Shown in pieces: positions 13,391-25,761 of a DNA stretch of 64,000 bases (within the stretch, counting starts at the first letter, position 1; each line of letters starts with the position of its first letter). The translations under genes and the position numbers were made by a program. A model generated the notes under the pieces. It had not been told where the DNA came from, did not search any database, and saw nothing but the letters and a program-made list of their open reading frames with translations. The stretch is from an uncultured Candidatus Entotheonella sp. (lineage in GTDB: Bacteria > Tectomicrobia > Entotheonellia > Entotheonellales > Entotheonellaceae), in the NCBI GenBank assembly GCA_965217185.1, contig OZ244252.1, forward strand, positions 2,880,001 through 2,944,000, in the 5' to 3' direction.

Positions 13391-14173
13391 CTACCCCGCC
13401 GTCGCGCCGCCGTCGACCGGCAGCGCCACCCCGGTTACGAACGATGCCTCGTCCGACAACAGAAAGAGGGCCGCATTAGCGATTTCTTCCGGCTTGCCGG
13501 GGCGGCCCATGGGAACCCGGCTTTGGCGCTGGTATATCAGGTCCTCAACGTCGACGTCCTCCGTTCCCTTCTGGTCCGGCCGCTTGACGAAGACGCGCAG
13601 CATGGGCGTGTCGATAGGGCCGGGGCAGACGGAATTCACCCGAATGTTATCGGGTGCCAAGCGCAGCGCGAGCGCCTTCATGAATCCGTTGACGCCGAAT
13701 TTGGCGGCTGAATAAATCGGACTCATGCGCGAGCCTATGAGCCCGGACACCGAGGCGGTGAACAGGAGGGCGCCGCCACCCCGCTCCCTGAGCCGGGGAA
13801 TGGCGGCTTCCGTCGTCACGATCACCGAACGCACGTTGAGGTTCATGGCCAACTCGTAAGCCGCCCAATCCACCCCTTCCACGGCGGCCGGCCCAGGATG
13901 GCCGACGTGGTTCCAGACGAAATCAAGGCCGCCAAAAGCGTCGGCGGTCTCGTCGATAATGCGGCGAGCGTCATCGTCCTGCCGCAGGTCGGCGACAATC
14001 CCCGTGGCGCGCCCGCCCGCCTCGACGATCTCCGTTACGACGCGCTCAACGGCTTCCGTGTTGACGTCCACGACGCCGACGGACGCTCCCTCCCGTGCAA
14101 AGCGCAACGCCCCGGCGCGTCCCATGCCGGAGCCCGCTGCCGTCACCACGCCGATTCTGCCGTTCAGTCTCAT
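13391..14173 (-). CDS. SDR family oxidoreductase
   Basis: TAAGSGMG, YSAAK, IRVNSVCPG, VDGG. ATG follows ggagg. Confidence 0.92.
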   Translation of the reverse strand: MRLNGRIGVVTAAGSGMGRAGALRFAREGASVGVVDVNTEAVERVVTEIVEAGGRATGIVADLRQDDDARRIIDETADAFGGLDFVWNHVGHPGPAAVEGVDWAAYELAMNLNVRSVIVTTEAAIPRLRERGGGALLFTASVSGLIGSRMSPIYSAAKFGVNGFMKALALRLAPDNIRVNSVCPGPIDTPMLRVFVKRPDQKGTEDVDVEDLIYQRQSRVPMGRPGKPEEIANAALFLLSDEASFVTGVALPVDGGATAG

Positions 14174-14212
14174 CGCGCCCTCCTTTATTAACGTCGTGTG
14201 GATCACCTTGGT

Positions 14213-14707
14213 TTAATTCGAGAATGGCGGTGGCCCGAAAATCTCGATCTCGCCGACCATCCCCGCCTCGGTATGGCCCTCTTTATGGCAGTAGAGGCGT
14301 AACCCTTTGCCCTTGGTCATCGGATAAAAATACCAAGCGAGGGTGGCGCCGGGGAGCAATTCCATGTCGCGGATGTCGCCGTGCACCTCCGCTACCGTGT
14401 TGCCGCTGCCGTCGATGAATTCCACTTTGCGCGTGAAGACCCGCGTCGCCAGGCCGTCCGAAGTGAAGTAATGCGCTTGTGAGCTGGGGTTGTGGACGAC
14501 CAGTTTGTAGTACTTGCCGCGCTGGAACCGGAGTTTGTCCGGCACGAACCGCAGGTGCCCATCCTGGCTGCCGGTCTCCACCCGCACCTCGACCGTCTCG
14601 GGCTGGCCGACCGCGTAGGTGACAGGCCACAGCACGGCCAGGGTTCCCAAAACCAGCAGGCTTACCAACCAAAACAGCTTTCCTTGCAACTGCCTGTGCA
14701 CGTTCAA
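14213..14707 (-). CDS. Secreted cupredoxin (blue copper) domain protein
   Basis: Signal-like N-terminus; type-1 Cu ligands H(YFT) and C-HKEG-H-TEAG-M. Confidence 0.8.
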   Translation of the reverse strand: MNVHRQLQGKLFWLVSLLVLGTLAVLWPVTYAVGQPETVEVRVETGSQDGHLRFVPDKLRFQRGKYYKLVVHNPSSQAHYFTSDGLATRVFTRKVEFIDGSGNTVAEVHGDIRDMELLPGATLAWYFYPMTKGKGLRLYCHKEGHTEAGMVGEIEIFGPPPFSN

Positions 14708-14849
14708 ACTCCTTTCATTGGTGGTTTCATAAGCGCCTTTGCGGCGCTTCCATAGGTACGGCCCTGAGTATATGATGAACCGCCGCGTCGCAAAACAGGC
14801 TTACACTGGTTTACCGACCGCACGTCATTTCCCCGAGAGGAGGCTGTCA

Positions 14850-15503
14850 ATGCTCTACGAATCACGTGTCTACTACACCGTACCGGGCCGTCTGGCGGCC
14901 CTGAACGCGCGCTTCGCCGACCACACCATGGGGTTTTTTCGCAAGCACGGCATCGGCATGCTGGGATTCTGGACCGACGAAATCGGCATCAGCAACCGGC
15001 TGACGTACATCCTGACGTTCGACAGCCTGGCCGACCGCGAGGCCAAGTGGGCCGCCTTTCAGGCCGATCCGGGCTGGCAGCAGGTGCGCTCGCAGACGGA
15101 AGCCGACGGCCCCATCGTGGCGCAGGTCGTGAACAGCTTCATGCGGCTGACGCTGTACTCGCCCGAGCCGCGCATCGACACCGCCGTGCAGGAACTGCGC
15201 GTTTACGACGCCATGCCCGGCAAGCTGCCAAACCTGCACGATCGCTTCGCCAACCACACCATGAAGCTGTTCGAGAAGCACGGCATCGCCAACGTCGCCT
15301 ACTGGGTCGAGGATGTCGGTACGAGCAACCGCCTGGTCTATCTGCTGGGTCACCCGGACCTCGGGTCGCGCGAGAAGAGCTTCGCGGCGTTCCAGGCCGA
15401 CCCGGACTGGCAAAAGGCACGGGCGGACTCGGAGGCCGACGGCGCCCTGGTGCGCGCCAGCCAGCATTGCATCTTGCGCCCAACGGCCTACTCGCCCCGC
15501 TGA
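14850..15503 (+). CDS. NIPSNAP family protein (two domains)
   Basis: Duplicated unit YE.RVY..PG.L..L..RFA.HTM..F.KHGI ... AFQADP.WQ. Confidence 0.88.
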   Translation: MLYESRVYYTVPGRLAALNARFADHTMGFFRKHGIGMLGFWTDEIGISNRLTYILTFDSLADREAKWAAFQADPGWQQVRSQTEADGPIVAQVVNSFMRLTLYSPEPRIDTAVQELRVYDAMPGKLPNLHDRFANHTMKLFEKHGIANVAYWVEDVGTSNRLVYLLGHPDLGSREKSFAAFQADPDWQKARADSEADGALVRASQHCILRPTAYSPR

Positions 15504-15504
15504 T

Positions 15505-15534
15505 GTAGGTCGGATTAGCGAGGCGTAATCCAAC
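15505..15534 (+). repeat. GTAG-class REP element
   Basis: gtaggtcggattagcgaggcgtaatccaac; a related copy lies inverted at 33862-33893. Confidence 0.7.
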
Positions 15535-15565
15535 ATTCTACTGCCGACACCACCGGGGCGCGGCG

Positions 15566-16522
15566 TTATGCACGGTCACCGTTGATGCCGGCAAAGAGAT
15601 CGTCCTCCGGCAGCTTCGTCGGCACCGCGCTGCGGGCCAGGATGTAGTCGTCGTATGGATAGGCGGTGCGGTCTACCTCGGGAGGCAGCCCGAACCAGTG
15701 CCGCGAGTTGGGATCAACCTGCGTGGCGTGGGCGCGCAGGGCATTGCGGGTCTGTTCCCAATGATCGCCGACGAACACCTTGGTGGTCAGGAAATGATCC
15801 ATGGAGCGGCGCCGCTTCCAACGCTGGGGGTTGAACGGCGGCTCCAGGCCAAGCCGCACGAACGCCTTATGGCGGGCCACCAGGCTGGCGCGCGACCATA
15901 GGATGTAGTACAGCTTCTGCGGTGCCCACGGCTCGCCCAGCTCGGGATGAAACGCCGGGTCGCGGGCCGCCTTGTAGGCGGGTAGCGAGGCGTCGTGCAC
16001 CCGCAGATGATCGGGGTGCCGGTAGCCGCGCTGGTTGGCGGGGTAGGTCACCATGACGTGGGGCCGCTCGCGGCGGATGAGGCGCACCAGGGCGCGCACC
16101 GTTTCGTCGAGCGGCGCCGCCGCAAAGGTGCCCGGCTCGTTGCTCGCCGGTATGTTGGAGTCCCCGTAGCCGAGCATCCATACGCGCTGATAGCCAAGGT
16201 GGGTCGTCGCCTCGATCAACTCCTGGCGGCGCACCTCCGGCAGGCGTTCCTTGATTTCCGGCTGATCGAGCGCCGGATTGAGAATGCTGCCGGCCTCCCC
16301 GCCGGTACAGCAGACGAGCACCACACCGACGCCGGCCGCCGCATAGCGCGCCGCGCTGCCGCCGCCCTTGGATGCTTCGTCGTCGGGGTGGGCGTGGATG
16401 GTCAGCATGCGGCGTTCGCACTCGGCGGGGTCGCCGTCCTGCCGCAACACTTCGGGTTCCGGGGTAACGGTATTCGTGTCGTGCCGATGGCCGCTGCACG
16501 TCGGCATTCCATGCGTCGTCAT
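15566..16522 (-). CDS. mca: PIG-L family deacetylase, mycothiol conjugate amidase (Mca)-like
   Basis: IHAHPDDEASKG, TGGEAGSILNP, GYRHPDH, ALRAHATQVDP, EDDLFAG. Confidence 0.75.
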   Translation of the reverse strand: MTTHGMPTCSGHRHDTNTVTPEPEVLRQDGDPAECERRMLTIHAHPDDEASKGGGSAARYAAAGVGVVLVCCTGGEAGSILNPALDQPEIKERLPEVRRQELIEATTHLGYQRVWMLGYGDSNIPASNEPGTFAAAPLDETVRALVRLIRRERPHVMVTYPANQRGYRHPDHLRVHDASLPAYKAARDPAFHPELGEPWAPQKLYYILWSRASLVARHKAFVRLGLEPPFNPQRWKRRRSMDHFLTTKVFVGDHWEQTRNALRAHATQVDPNSRHWFGLPPEVDRTAYPYDDYILARSAVPTKLPEDDLFAGINGDRA

Positions 16523-16538
16523 GCTTCCTCTCACAGAA

Positions 16539-18788
<2,250 letters not shown>

Positions 18789-18937
18789 GCCGAGGCTCCT
18801 CGTCAAAGGCCTGAACAGGGCGTTCCGCAAGCCGCGCCATCCAATGCGTAGGGGGCCGGAATAGGCTATAGTGAGGCCCATTCAGCGTCCAACCCATCCC
18901 CAGCTTCTGGCTGGCAAGCTTTGATAAAGGACCGCCC

Positions 18938-20953
18938 ATGGCTGCTCCCCTCCTCGTTACCAGTGCACTGCCATACGCCAATGGCAGCATCCACCTCGGC
19001 CACTTGCTCGAATACATCCAGACGGACATCTTGGTGCGTTTTTTCAAGATGACGGGGCAGGACGCTGTGTACATGTGCGCGGATGATACGCACGGCACGC
19101 CGATCGAGGTCAATGCCTGGCGCGCCGGGGTGACGCCGGAGGAATACATCGCGCCTTTCTTCGTCGAGCACCAGCGGGATTTCGCCGATTTTTCCGTCGC
19201 CTTCGACTGCTTCTACAGCACCAACAGCCCGGAAAATCAATACCATTCGGAGAACATCTTCGAGCGCCTGCGCCAGCGGGGCCACATTGTAACGCGGCCC
19301 GTGACGCAATACTACTGCGAGCGGGACGCCCGCTATCTGCCCGACCGTTTCATTCGCGGCACCTGCCCAAGTTGCAAGGCGGCGGAGCAGTACGGCGACG
19401 TCTGCGAGGCGTGCGGCACCACCTACAGCCCCACCGATCTCAGCGACGCGCACTGCGTGCTGTGCGGCGCCGAGCCGGTGATGCGGGAGTCGGTGCATTA
19501 CTTCTTCACTATGAGCGCCTACGAGGACTTCCTGCGCGACTGGGTCGGCACGCCGGGGCGGGTGCAGCCGGAGGTGCGGCGCTTCCTGGAGACGTGGATC
19601 AACGAGGGGCTGCGGGATTGGGACGTGAGCCGCGACGGCCCGTATTTCGGGTTCAAGATCCCCGGCGAGGACGACAAGTACTTCTACGTCTGGCTCGACG
19701 CGCCCATCGGCTACATCGCCACCACGCAGAAGTTCTGCCGCGAAACGGGGCGCGATTTCGACGCCTACTGGCACAACCCGGAGGCGACGATCTACCACGT
19801 GGTCGGCAAGGACATCACGTATTTCCACGCCTTGTTCTGGCCCGCCATGCTGCACGGCGCCGGCTACACGCTGCCGAAGAAGGTGCTGGTGCACGGCTTC
19901 CTCACCGTCAACGGCGAGAAGATGTCCAAGACGCGCGGCACGTTCATCACGGGGCGCACCTACCTCGACCATCTGGACCCGCAATACCTGCGCTATTACT
20001 ACGCCGCCAAGATCAACGGGCGCATCGACGACCTCGACCTCAACATGGAGGAGTTCGTGCATCGGGTCGATGCCGAGCTGGTGAACAAGATCGCTAATCT
20101 GGTCAGCCGCGTGGTGCCATTCGTGAACCGGCACTTCGAGGGGCAGGTTGGGCGGCTCGACGGTTCGATGCAGCCGCTCATCGACGACATCCGGGCGCGC
20201 CTGCCGCGGGTGCGGGAGTCGTATGAGCGCATGGAGTTCAACCGCGCCGTGCAGGAGATCGTGGCGATTGCGGAGGTCGGTAACAAATACTTCCAGGACG
20301 CGGCGCCGTGGGAGCTGGTCAAGCAGGACCCGCAAGCGGCGCAGGCGGTATGCACGTTTGCGGTGAATTGCTGCCGCACGGTGGCGGCATTGATCAAGCC
20401 GGTGCTGCCGCAATACGCGGCGGATGTAGAGGCAATCCTGCGTGTCGAGCCGCTGTTGTTCGACGAGGCGGCGCGCTTCGACCTGGAGGAGCACGAGATC
20501 GGCGCCTTTGAGCGGCTGATCGAACGGGTGGACGCCAAGCAGGTCCGCGCCATGGTCGAGGCCAGCAAGGAGAACCTTGATGCCATTCCCGCCAGCCCGG
20601 CGGCGCAACCGGTCGAGGCGTTGGAACCCGAGATCGACATCGATGCTTTCGGCCGGGTTGATCTACGAGTGGCCACCGTGTTGCAGGCCGAGACGGTGGA
20701 GGGAGCGGACCGGCTGCTGCGTTTAAGGGTCGATATCGGCAGCGAGCAGCGCACCATTTTCGCGGGCATCCGGCAGTCGTATGCCCCCGAAGATCTGCTG
20801 GGCAAGCAGGTCATCGTGGTTGCCAACCTGCAGCCTCGCAAAATGCGGTTCGGCGTCAGCGAAGGCATGTTGCTGGCGGCGGGACCCGACGGCACGGACG
20901 TGGTGGTGGCGGAGTTTCGCCAGCCGCGTCAGCCGGGTCAACGGGTACGGTAG
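18938..20953 (+). CDS. metG: Methionine--tRNA ligase
   Basis: ALPYANGSIHLGH, Zn knuckles, KMSKT and a C-terminal tRNA-binding domain. Confidence 0.97.
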   Translation: MAAPLLVTSALPYANGSIHLGHLLEYIQTDILVRFFKMTGQDAVYMCADDTHGTPIEVNAWRAGVTPEEYIAPFFVEHQRDFADFSVAFDCFYSTNSPENQYHSENIFERLRQRGHIVTRPVTQYYCERDARYLPDRFIRGTCPSCKAAEQYGDVCEACGTTYSPTDLSDAHCVLCGAEPVMRESVHYFFTMSAYEDFLRDWVGTPGRVQPEVRRFLETWINEGLRDWDVSRDGPYFGFKIPGEDDKYFYVWLDAPIGYIATTQKFCRETGRDFDAYWHNPEATIYHVVGKDITYFHALFWPAMLHGAGYTLPKKVLVHGFLTVNGEKMSKTRGTFITGRTYLDHLDPQYLRYYYAAKINGRIDDLDLNMEEFVHRVDAELVNKIANLVSRVVPFVNRHFEGQVGRLDGSMQPLIDDIRARLPRVRESYERMEFNRAVQEIVAIAEVGNKYFQDAAPWELVKQDPQAAQAVCTFAVNCCRTVAALIKPVLPQYAADVEAILRVEPLLFDEAARFDLEEHEIGAFERLIERVDAKQVRAMVEASKENLDAIPASPAAQPVEALEPEIDIDAFGRVDLRVATVLQAETVEGADRLLRLRVDIGSEQRTIFAGIRQSYAPEDLLGKQVIVVANLQPRKMRFGVSEGMLLAAGPDGTDVVVAEFRQPRQPGQRVR

Positions 20954-21033
20954 TCGGACAGCGGCGATTCGATTCCGCGGGAAGGCTGAATGAGCAAAAA
21001 TTTTGACGGCAAAACGGCAAATGGGATGATTCG

Positions 21034-22128
21034 ATGGAACTGTTCGGCGCAATAGACTTCGTCACGGGTTACAAGCATTCAAACCCTACTGCCAACAAGG
21101 CTATGATCCAACAGGCTTACGTGAACCACTACTCTCCGAGACGAGCGCGGAGCATATTTGTGGGGAGCGGCTACGCCCTTCGGTTCTCCGAAGCAAACGC
21201 CTCGTCATTTTCCAATACCGTGTTGTCGCTCTCTGCCCTCCTTGATCACGACGGACGCCCTTTTGTTGTCGTTGTTGTCCGCGAACGAACCGTCCAATTC
21301 TTGCTAGCGAACACGACATTTCTGAAGAAGATCAGTCACAGCTCCCGGAAATTTCGTGTCGATTGCATAAGAGGAAGTTTCAACGGTACCGACATCATGA
21401 CCGAGTACGAAGGATTGAAAAATGCCCCCAAGAACTTCCAACTTCTATTCGAACAGCATCTCGGATTTAGGGAAGAGAACGTGGCCCGTCTGGTCGAGGC
21501 TACAAATGCCATTGTGGGCAGGAACGTGCGCTTTATGCCCACCCATGGGCAAAGAAAAATACTGATGGAAGCACCAGAAAGAGCTGCAGCAGTCCTTGCA
21601 TCCCCTGAGTTTCAAGAGATCACAGCTGAGCTGCAAGAAACTGTCCACAACCGACGCAGGGACATCATCGAAGTTGCCCGCATCGATAACGTGAATCTAC
21701 GCGGCAATGCCATAGAGAAGCTGATTACCGGGGGCGATAACGCGCATGAACTTGGTGATCTTAGGCACCCCTTCGCAAATGGAGAACTCGTTATTGACAT
21801 TAAGACGAAATTGCTCGACAGGGGTTCGTCTCCAAAAGCCTACAACGTTGACAAAATGCTGGATTTCCTCGCAAGACCTGGATCCGTGCTCGCATTTCTT
21901 ATTGTCGGGGTGAACACCGGTACAGACGAAGTTGTTGTTCGACTTCTGCCGGTTCTGGAAAGCGCCCTTCTTGATGCCACGGCAGTTCAGCACCACTGGG
22001 CGGGGCGTTCTTCTCGGGGCGCAACGCAACTCACTGGGAGATTCAATCAAGCTCTAAACATGGGCTATAAACCCAACGTGGACATAGTGAAGGCACGAGA
22101 CTTTCTGGAATGCTTGCTGTCCCTCTAA
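21034..22128 (+). CDS. Hypothetical protein, putative PD-(D/E)XK nuclease
   Basis: 364-aa ORF, visibly AT-richer than its flanks, with an E...LGD...VIDIKTK motif. Confidence 0.6.
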   Translation: MELFGAIDFVTGYKHSNPTANKAMIQQAYVNHYSPRRARSIFVGSGYALRFSEANASSFSNTVLSLSALLDHDGRPFVVVVVRERTVQFLLANTTFLKKISHSSRKFRVDCIRGSFNGTDIMTEYEGLKNAPKNFQLLFEQHLGFREENVARLVEATNAIVGRNVRFMPTHGQRKILMEAPERAAAVLASPEFQEITAELQETVHNRRRDIIEVARIDNVNLRGNAIEKLITGGDNAHELGDLRHPFANGELVIDIKTKLLDRGSSPKAYNVDKMLDFLARPGSVLAFLIVGVNTGTDEVVVRLLPVLESALLDATAVQHHWAGRSSRGATQLTGRFNQALNMGYKPNVDIVKARDFLECLLSL

Positions 22129-22376
22129 ACTACCAAGAACTCAGAGTTGAAGGCTCGCCTCTTGCGGGTCAGGTTCGGTCAGGCGCAAACGGCCGTTGAT
22201 GACGTTCACGGTGCCTCGCTGCCGGAACACGTTATCGGCATGACCTTGAATGTGTGGTCAAGCATGTCCCAGGAAATCTGGTCCATACTGGACAGCCATC
22301 GGCCGTAGAACGTGTAGCTTTTCCGCATGCTTTCGGATTCAATTGTGCATTAGCTAATCGAACGGTGGCTGGTCTC

Positions 22377-22925
22377 ATGATTACCCGACTCAAGGCCAGT
22401 GCTTTCCTGATCCTGGGCGCCGTCTGCCTCATCTGGGCGGTGGAAGCGGTGAACGTCCTTTCCGGCCGCCAACTCACTAGCCTGGGGGTTCTGCCGCGCC
22501 ACCTGTCGGGGCTGATCGGCATTCCGCTCAGTCCCTTCGTCCATGGCAGCGCGAGCCATACCATGGTCAACACCGTGCCCTTCCTGGTGCTCGGCGGCCT
22601 CGTCGCGCTGCGCGGCATCAAGGCGTTTGCGTCCGTCTCCGTCTTTGTCATCCTGTGCGGCGGGGCGGCGTTGTGGCTCTTCGGGCGGGCTTCCTACCAC
22701 ATCGGAGCGAGCGGCCTGATCTTCGGATACTTCGGCTATCTGGTCGCGCGCGGCTGGTACGAACGCAGCACCATAGCCATCCTCACGGCGCTGTTGACCC
22801 TGTTCCTTTACGGCGGCCTCGTCTGGGGCGTGCTGCCCAGCCGCTCCTTCATCTCCTGGGAGGGCCACCTGTTCGGGATGCTCTCCGGCGTCCTGGCCGC
22901 CCGGTTGCAGGGGTCTCAGGAATGA
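22377..22925 (+). CDS. Rhomboid family intramembrane serine protease
   Basis: PFVHGSASHTMVN, HIGASG, ISWEGHLFG. Confidence 0.9.
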   Translation: MITRLKASAFLILGAVCLIWAVEAVNVLSGRQLTSLGVLPRHLSGLIGIPLSPFVHGSASHTMVNTVPFLVLGGLVALRGIKAFASVSVFVILCGGAALWLFGRASYHIGASGLIFGYFGYLVARGWYERSTIAILTALLTLFLYGGLVWGVLPSRSFISWEGHLFGMLSGVLAARLQGSQE

Positions 22926-23234
22926 GCAGCCCTCTTTTATATGGGAATCATATACTGATACTCAGGCGTGAGCGTTCAGAGGGCTGCCCTATAACGCCCC
23001 TTGCAAACGGGACGATCTGAACTCATGGCGCTTATACACGAGCCCAAGCATCCCGATAACGGAGGAGTCAATACGTTGCGACACTTACCTTCCCGCGCCG
23101 ACCACGTGGGGAGTCTGCTGCGACCGCCAGCCTTGCACACAGCGCGCGCTCAGCACGCCGATGGACTCCTGTCGGCGTCAGCGTTGCGTCAGATTGAAGA
23201 CAGCTGCATTCGAGACGTCATCCGGATGCAAGAA

Positions 23235-24730
23235 GAGCCACTTGCAAAACTCCGCTAGTTTGGCCTCGGAGCGGTTGTCATGAGACCGTACGGTGAATCA
23301 TTTGCCGTCGGTGGTTCCAATTGCCACGAATTCAGCCATGGCGGTGCCGAGTTCCGGCTCCCGTCTTGCGATGCGGACGCAACTCTCCCCCCTGCGTACA
23401 GGACAGCAGCGCGTGCCGGGATGGAGGAAACGGGGCCGCGAGACCAGCTTCAGGTCACCAAGCGCATCAACTGATCAACCGTGAGCGCCACAATCCCGAA
23501 CATCAGATGACACAGCACCTTGGCATGGCCGCGCACGCGCACGCTGCGACCTCCGAATTCATCCTTGAGGCGACCATTGACGCGCTCGACGGTCGAGCGT
23601 TCGTGGTAACGTCTCTCCTCAGACAGGACCAACCCACAGGCACGCCGTGCCTGCCTCTCCTGCCGCAGCGCCTGCTTGCGCGCGCCGCTGCGGGGGTTGA
23701 CGTCGATGATCGCAACATGACCCAGGGCGCGGCTGTGGGCGCGGATTTCCGGGGCATCGTAGGCGCTGTCCATCAGGTCATACAGGTTGCGGACTCGCTC
23801 CGCCGTCAGGGTCGCCAGCGGGATGGCGACTTGGCTGTCGTGCAGCGACGCCGAGGTAAGCAGGCAACTGACCGGGATGGCGCCGTCGGCCGCGTCAATA
23901 TGCAACTTGTAGCCGCTCCATGACGTCTGATAGCCCTTGGCGTCGCGCTTGACGCCAATGTCACAGGCGTACGGCAAGTCGGCGAGCATCTCCGGCAGGG
24001 TCATGTTGCGCTGGCGCTCCAGACGGCGCGGCTCCGTGGGGCGCTCCTCGCCCTTGCGCGGACGCCCGCGCCGCCGCTTCGGCTTGGCCGGCTGCGGCGC
24101 CTTCGGGGTCGGTCTCTCGCGCCCTTCAATCGCCGTCGAATCGCGTGAAATATGGCCTGCCAGACGCTCACCCTGGGTGCGTTTGATCAGCGCCTCGTGC
24201 AGGTGGCTCGGCAAGGCGCTGTCGGCAAATTCGGCAAAGGCACGTGAAAACGTCGCCTCGCTCGGAATGTGCTTGACGCTACGCCAGCCGCACAACCGGC
24301 GCAGGGTGCTGTCGTGGCGCAGACGATCAAGCAACATCCGGGTGCTAACCAGCGCGAAGACGGCCTTGGCGATGAAGGCGCGGGCTAAGGCCGCGCGGTC
24401 GCTTGGCGGACAGCCGCGACGCCGGTGCTGGTACGGCAGCAGCGTTTCCACCCGCACCCATTCGAGCACCATGACGAAGCGCTGATGGCGTTCCCCCAGC
24501 GCCCCGATCGTTTCCTCAAGCTGCGGGAACAGCAGCGCTTGAAAGCAAGACCAGTAACTCGATAGTATCTCACGTAAGGCCATTGGGGTCGTTCCTCCTG
24601 ATTCGGTTGTTTGACAACTCAACAGAATCAGAAAGCGGCCCCAATGTCCACCAATCAGCCCCAGAGCCTGCCCCGTGCTTGACACGGAGAAAGAAAATCC
24701 CACTCGTACACGCAATTCTGCAAGTGGCTC
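23235..24730 (-). mobile_element. Insertion sequence, 1496 bp, copy 1
   Basis: Terminal inverted repeats gagccacttgcaaaa / ttctgcaagtggctc; AGAA duplicated at 23231-23234 and 24731-24734. Confidence 0.95.
23450..24583 (-). CDS. DDE transposase (IS4/IS5-like; exact family not assigned)
   Basis: PSEATFSR, ISRDSTAI, GYKLH, LMDSAYD, Y..RSTVER. Confidence 0.9.
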   Translation of the reverse strand: MALREILSSYWSCFQALLFPQLEETIGALGERHQRFVMVLEWVRVETLLPYQHRRRGCPPSDRAALARAFIAKAVFALVSTRMLLDRLRHDSTLRRLCGWRSVKHIPSEATFSRAFAEFADSALPSHLHEALIKRTQGERLAGHISRDSTAIEGRERPTPKAPQPAKPKRRRGRPRKGEERPTEPRRLERQRNMTLPEMLADLPYACDIGVKRDAKGYQTSWSGYKLHIDAADGAIPVSCLLTSASLHDSQVAIPLATLTAERVRNLYDLMDSAYDAPEIRAHSRALGHVAIIDVNPRSGARKQALRQERQARRACGLVLSEERRYHERSTVERVNGRLKDEFGGRSVRVRGHAKVLCHLMFGIVALTVDQLMRLVT

Positions 24731-25761
24731 AGAAGACGTCGGATTAAAAGTGGCGACCGATGGCGAGTATCGCCGCGCCTTTTGGCATTATGATTTCCTG
24801 GCCGGACTGGATGGGGTGGAGATGGTCGAGATCGAGTCAGCGGTTCAGTTCAGCGGCTCCGCCCAACTCAAACCCGTCGCGCCAGCCGTCACAGGTCAAC
24901 TCGACTACGCCGCCGATCACATGGTGGACCATTTCACCTTTTTGAAACAGCACGCCCAGGTGACGCCAAAGCAATCGCTTCCCTCACCGACCGCCTTGCA
25001 TTATCGGGGCGGGCGCCAGGCGATCTCAGTTGACGTCTATCCCGATATGGATGGTTTTTTCCATGATCTGGGTCTCACGTATCAGAAAGCCATTGCCGCC
25101 TTTGCCAGAGCCGGCTGCACCTACCTCCAACTCGATGAAGTGTATCTGGCCTATCTGTGTGACCCCAAGCAACACGAGGAGCTGCGGTCGCGCAGCGAAG
25201 ACCCGGACCACCTGGCCCAAACCTATGCAAAGCTCATCAATTTGGCTATTGCCGAGCGCTCCTCCGACATGACCTTAGCGATGCATCTGTGTCGCGGTAA
25301 CTTCCAGTCGTCGTGGATCGCCGAAGGCGGCTACGAGCCAGTCGCCGACCTCTTGTTCAATGCCATCGACGTCGACGTGTATTTTATGGAGTACGACACG
25401 GCGCGCGCGGGTGGCTTTGAACCCTTGCGCTTTCTACCGCGCGACAAAATGGTCGTGCTGGGGCTTGTGACTTCGAAAACCGGCGATCTCGAAAACCCAG
25501 ACATCTTGAAACGCCGGATTGATGAGGCCTTGAGATATGTGTCCTTGGACCAGCTTGCCTTGAGTCCGCAGTGTGGCTTTGCCTCAACTGAAGAAGGGAA
25601 TTTGCTGAGTCTCGAACAGCAACGCGCCAAACTCGAACTCGTCGTGCAGGTGGCGCAGGACGTGTGGGGCGACGCCCGGTAGATCAGAATCCTTGAAATG
25701 AGGAGGTGCCGATCCGTCACTTCCAAGGGGGATTCGGCACTTAGGTATGTAATCCCCCTCT

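Larger units (their letters stand above)
23076..25682 (+). pseudogene. Cobalamin-independent methionine synthase II family gene interrupted by an IS
   Basis: The 5' part (TTG after ggagga; RADHVGSLLRP...IRMQE) joins in frame to the 3' part (DVGLKVATDGEYRR...HLCRGN...LSPQCGFAS) once the IS and one AGAA are removed. Confidence 0.92.

Noticed and set aside
20954..22250. Integron cassette carrying the orphan gene
   Set aside because: No convincing attC (RYYYAAC...GTTRRRY) and no integrase.
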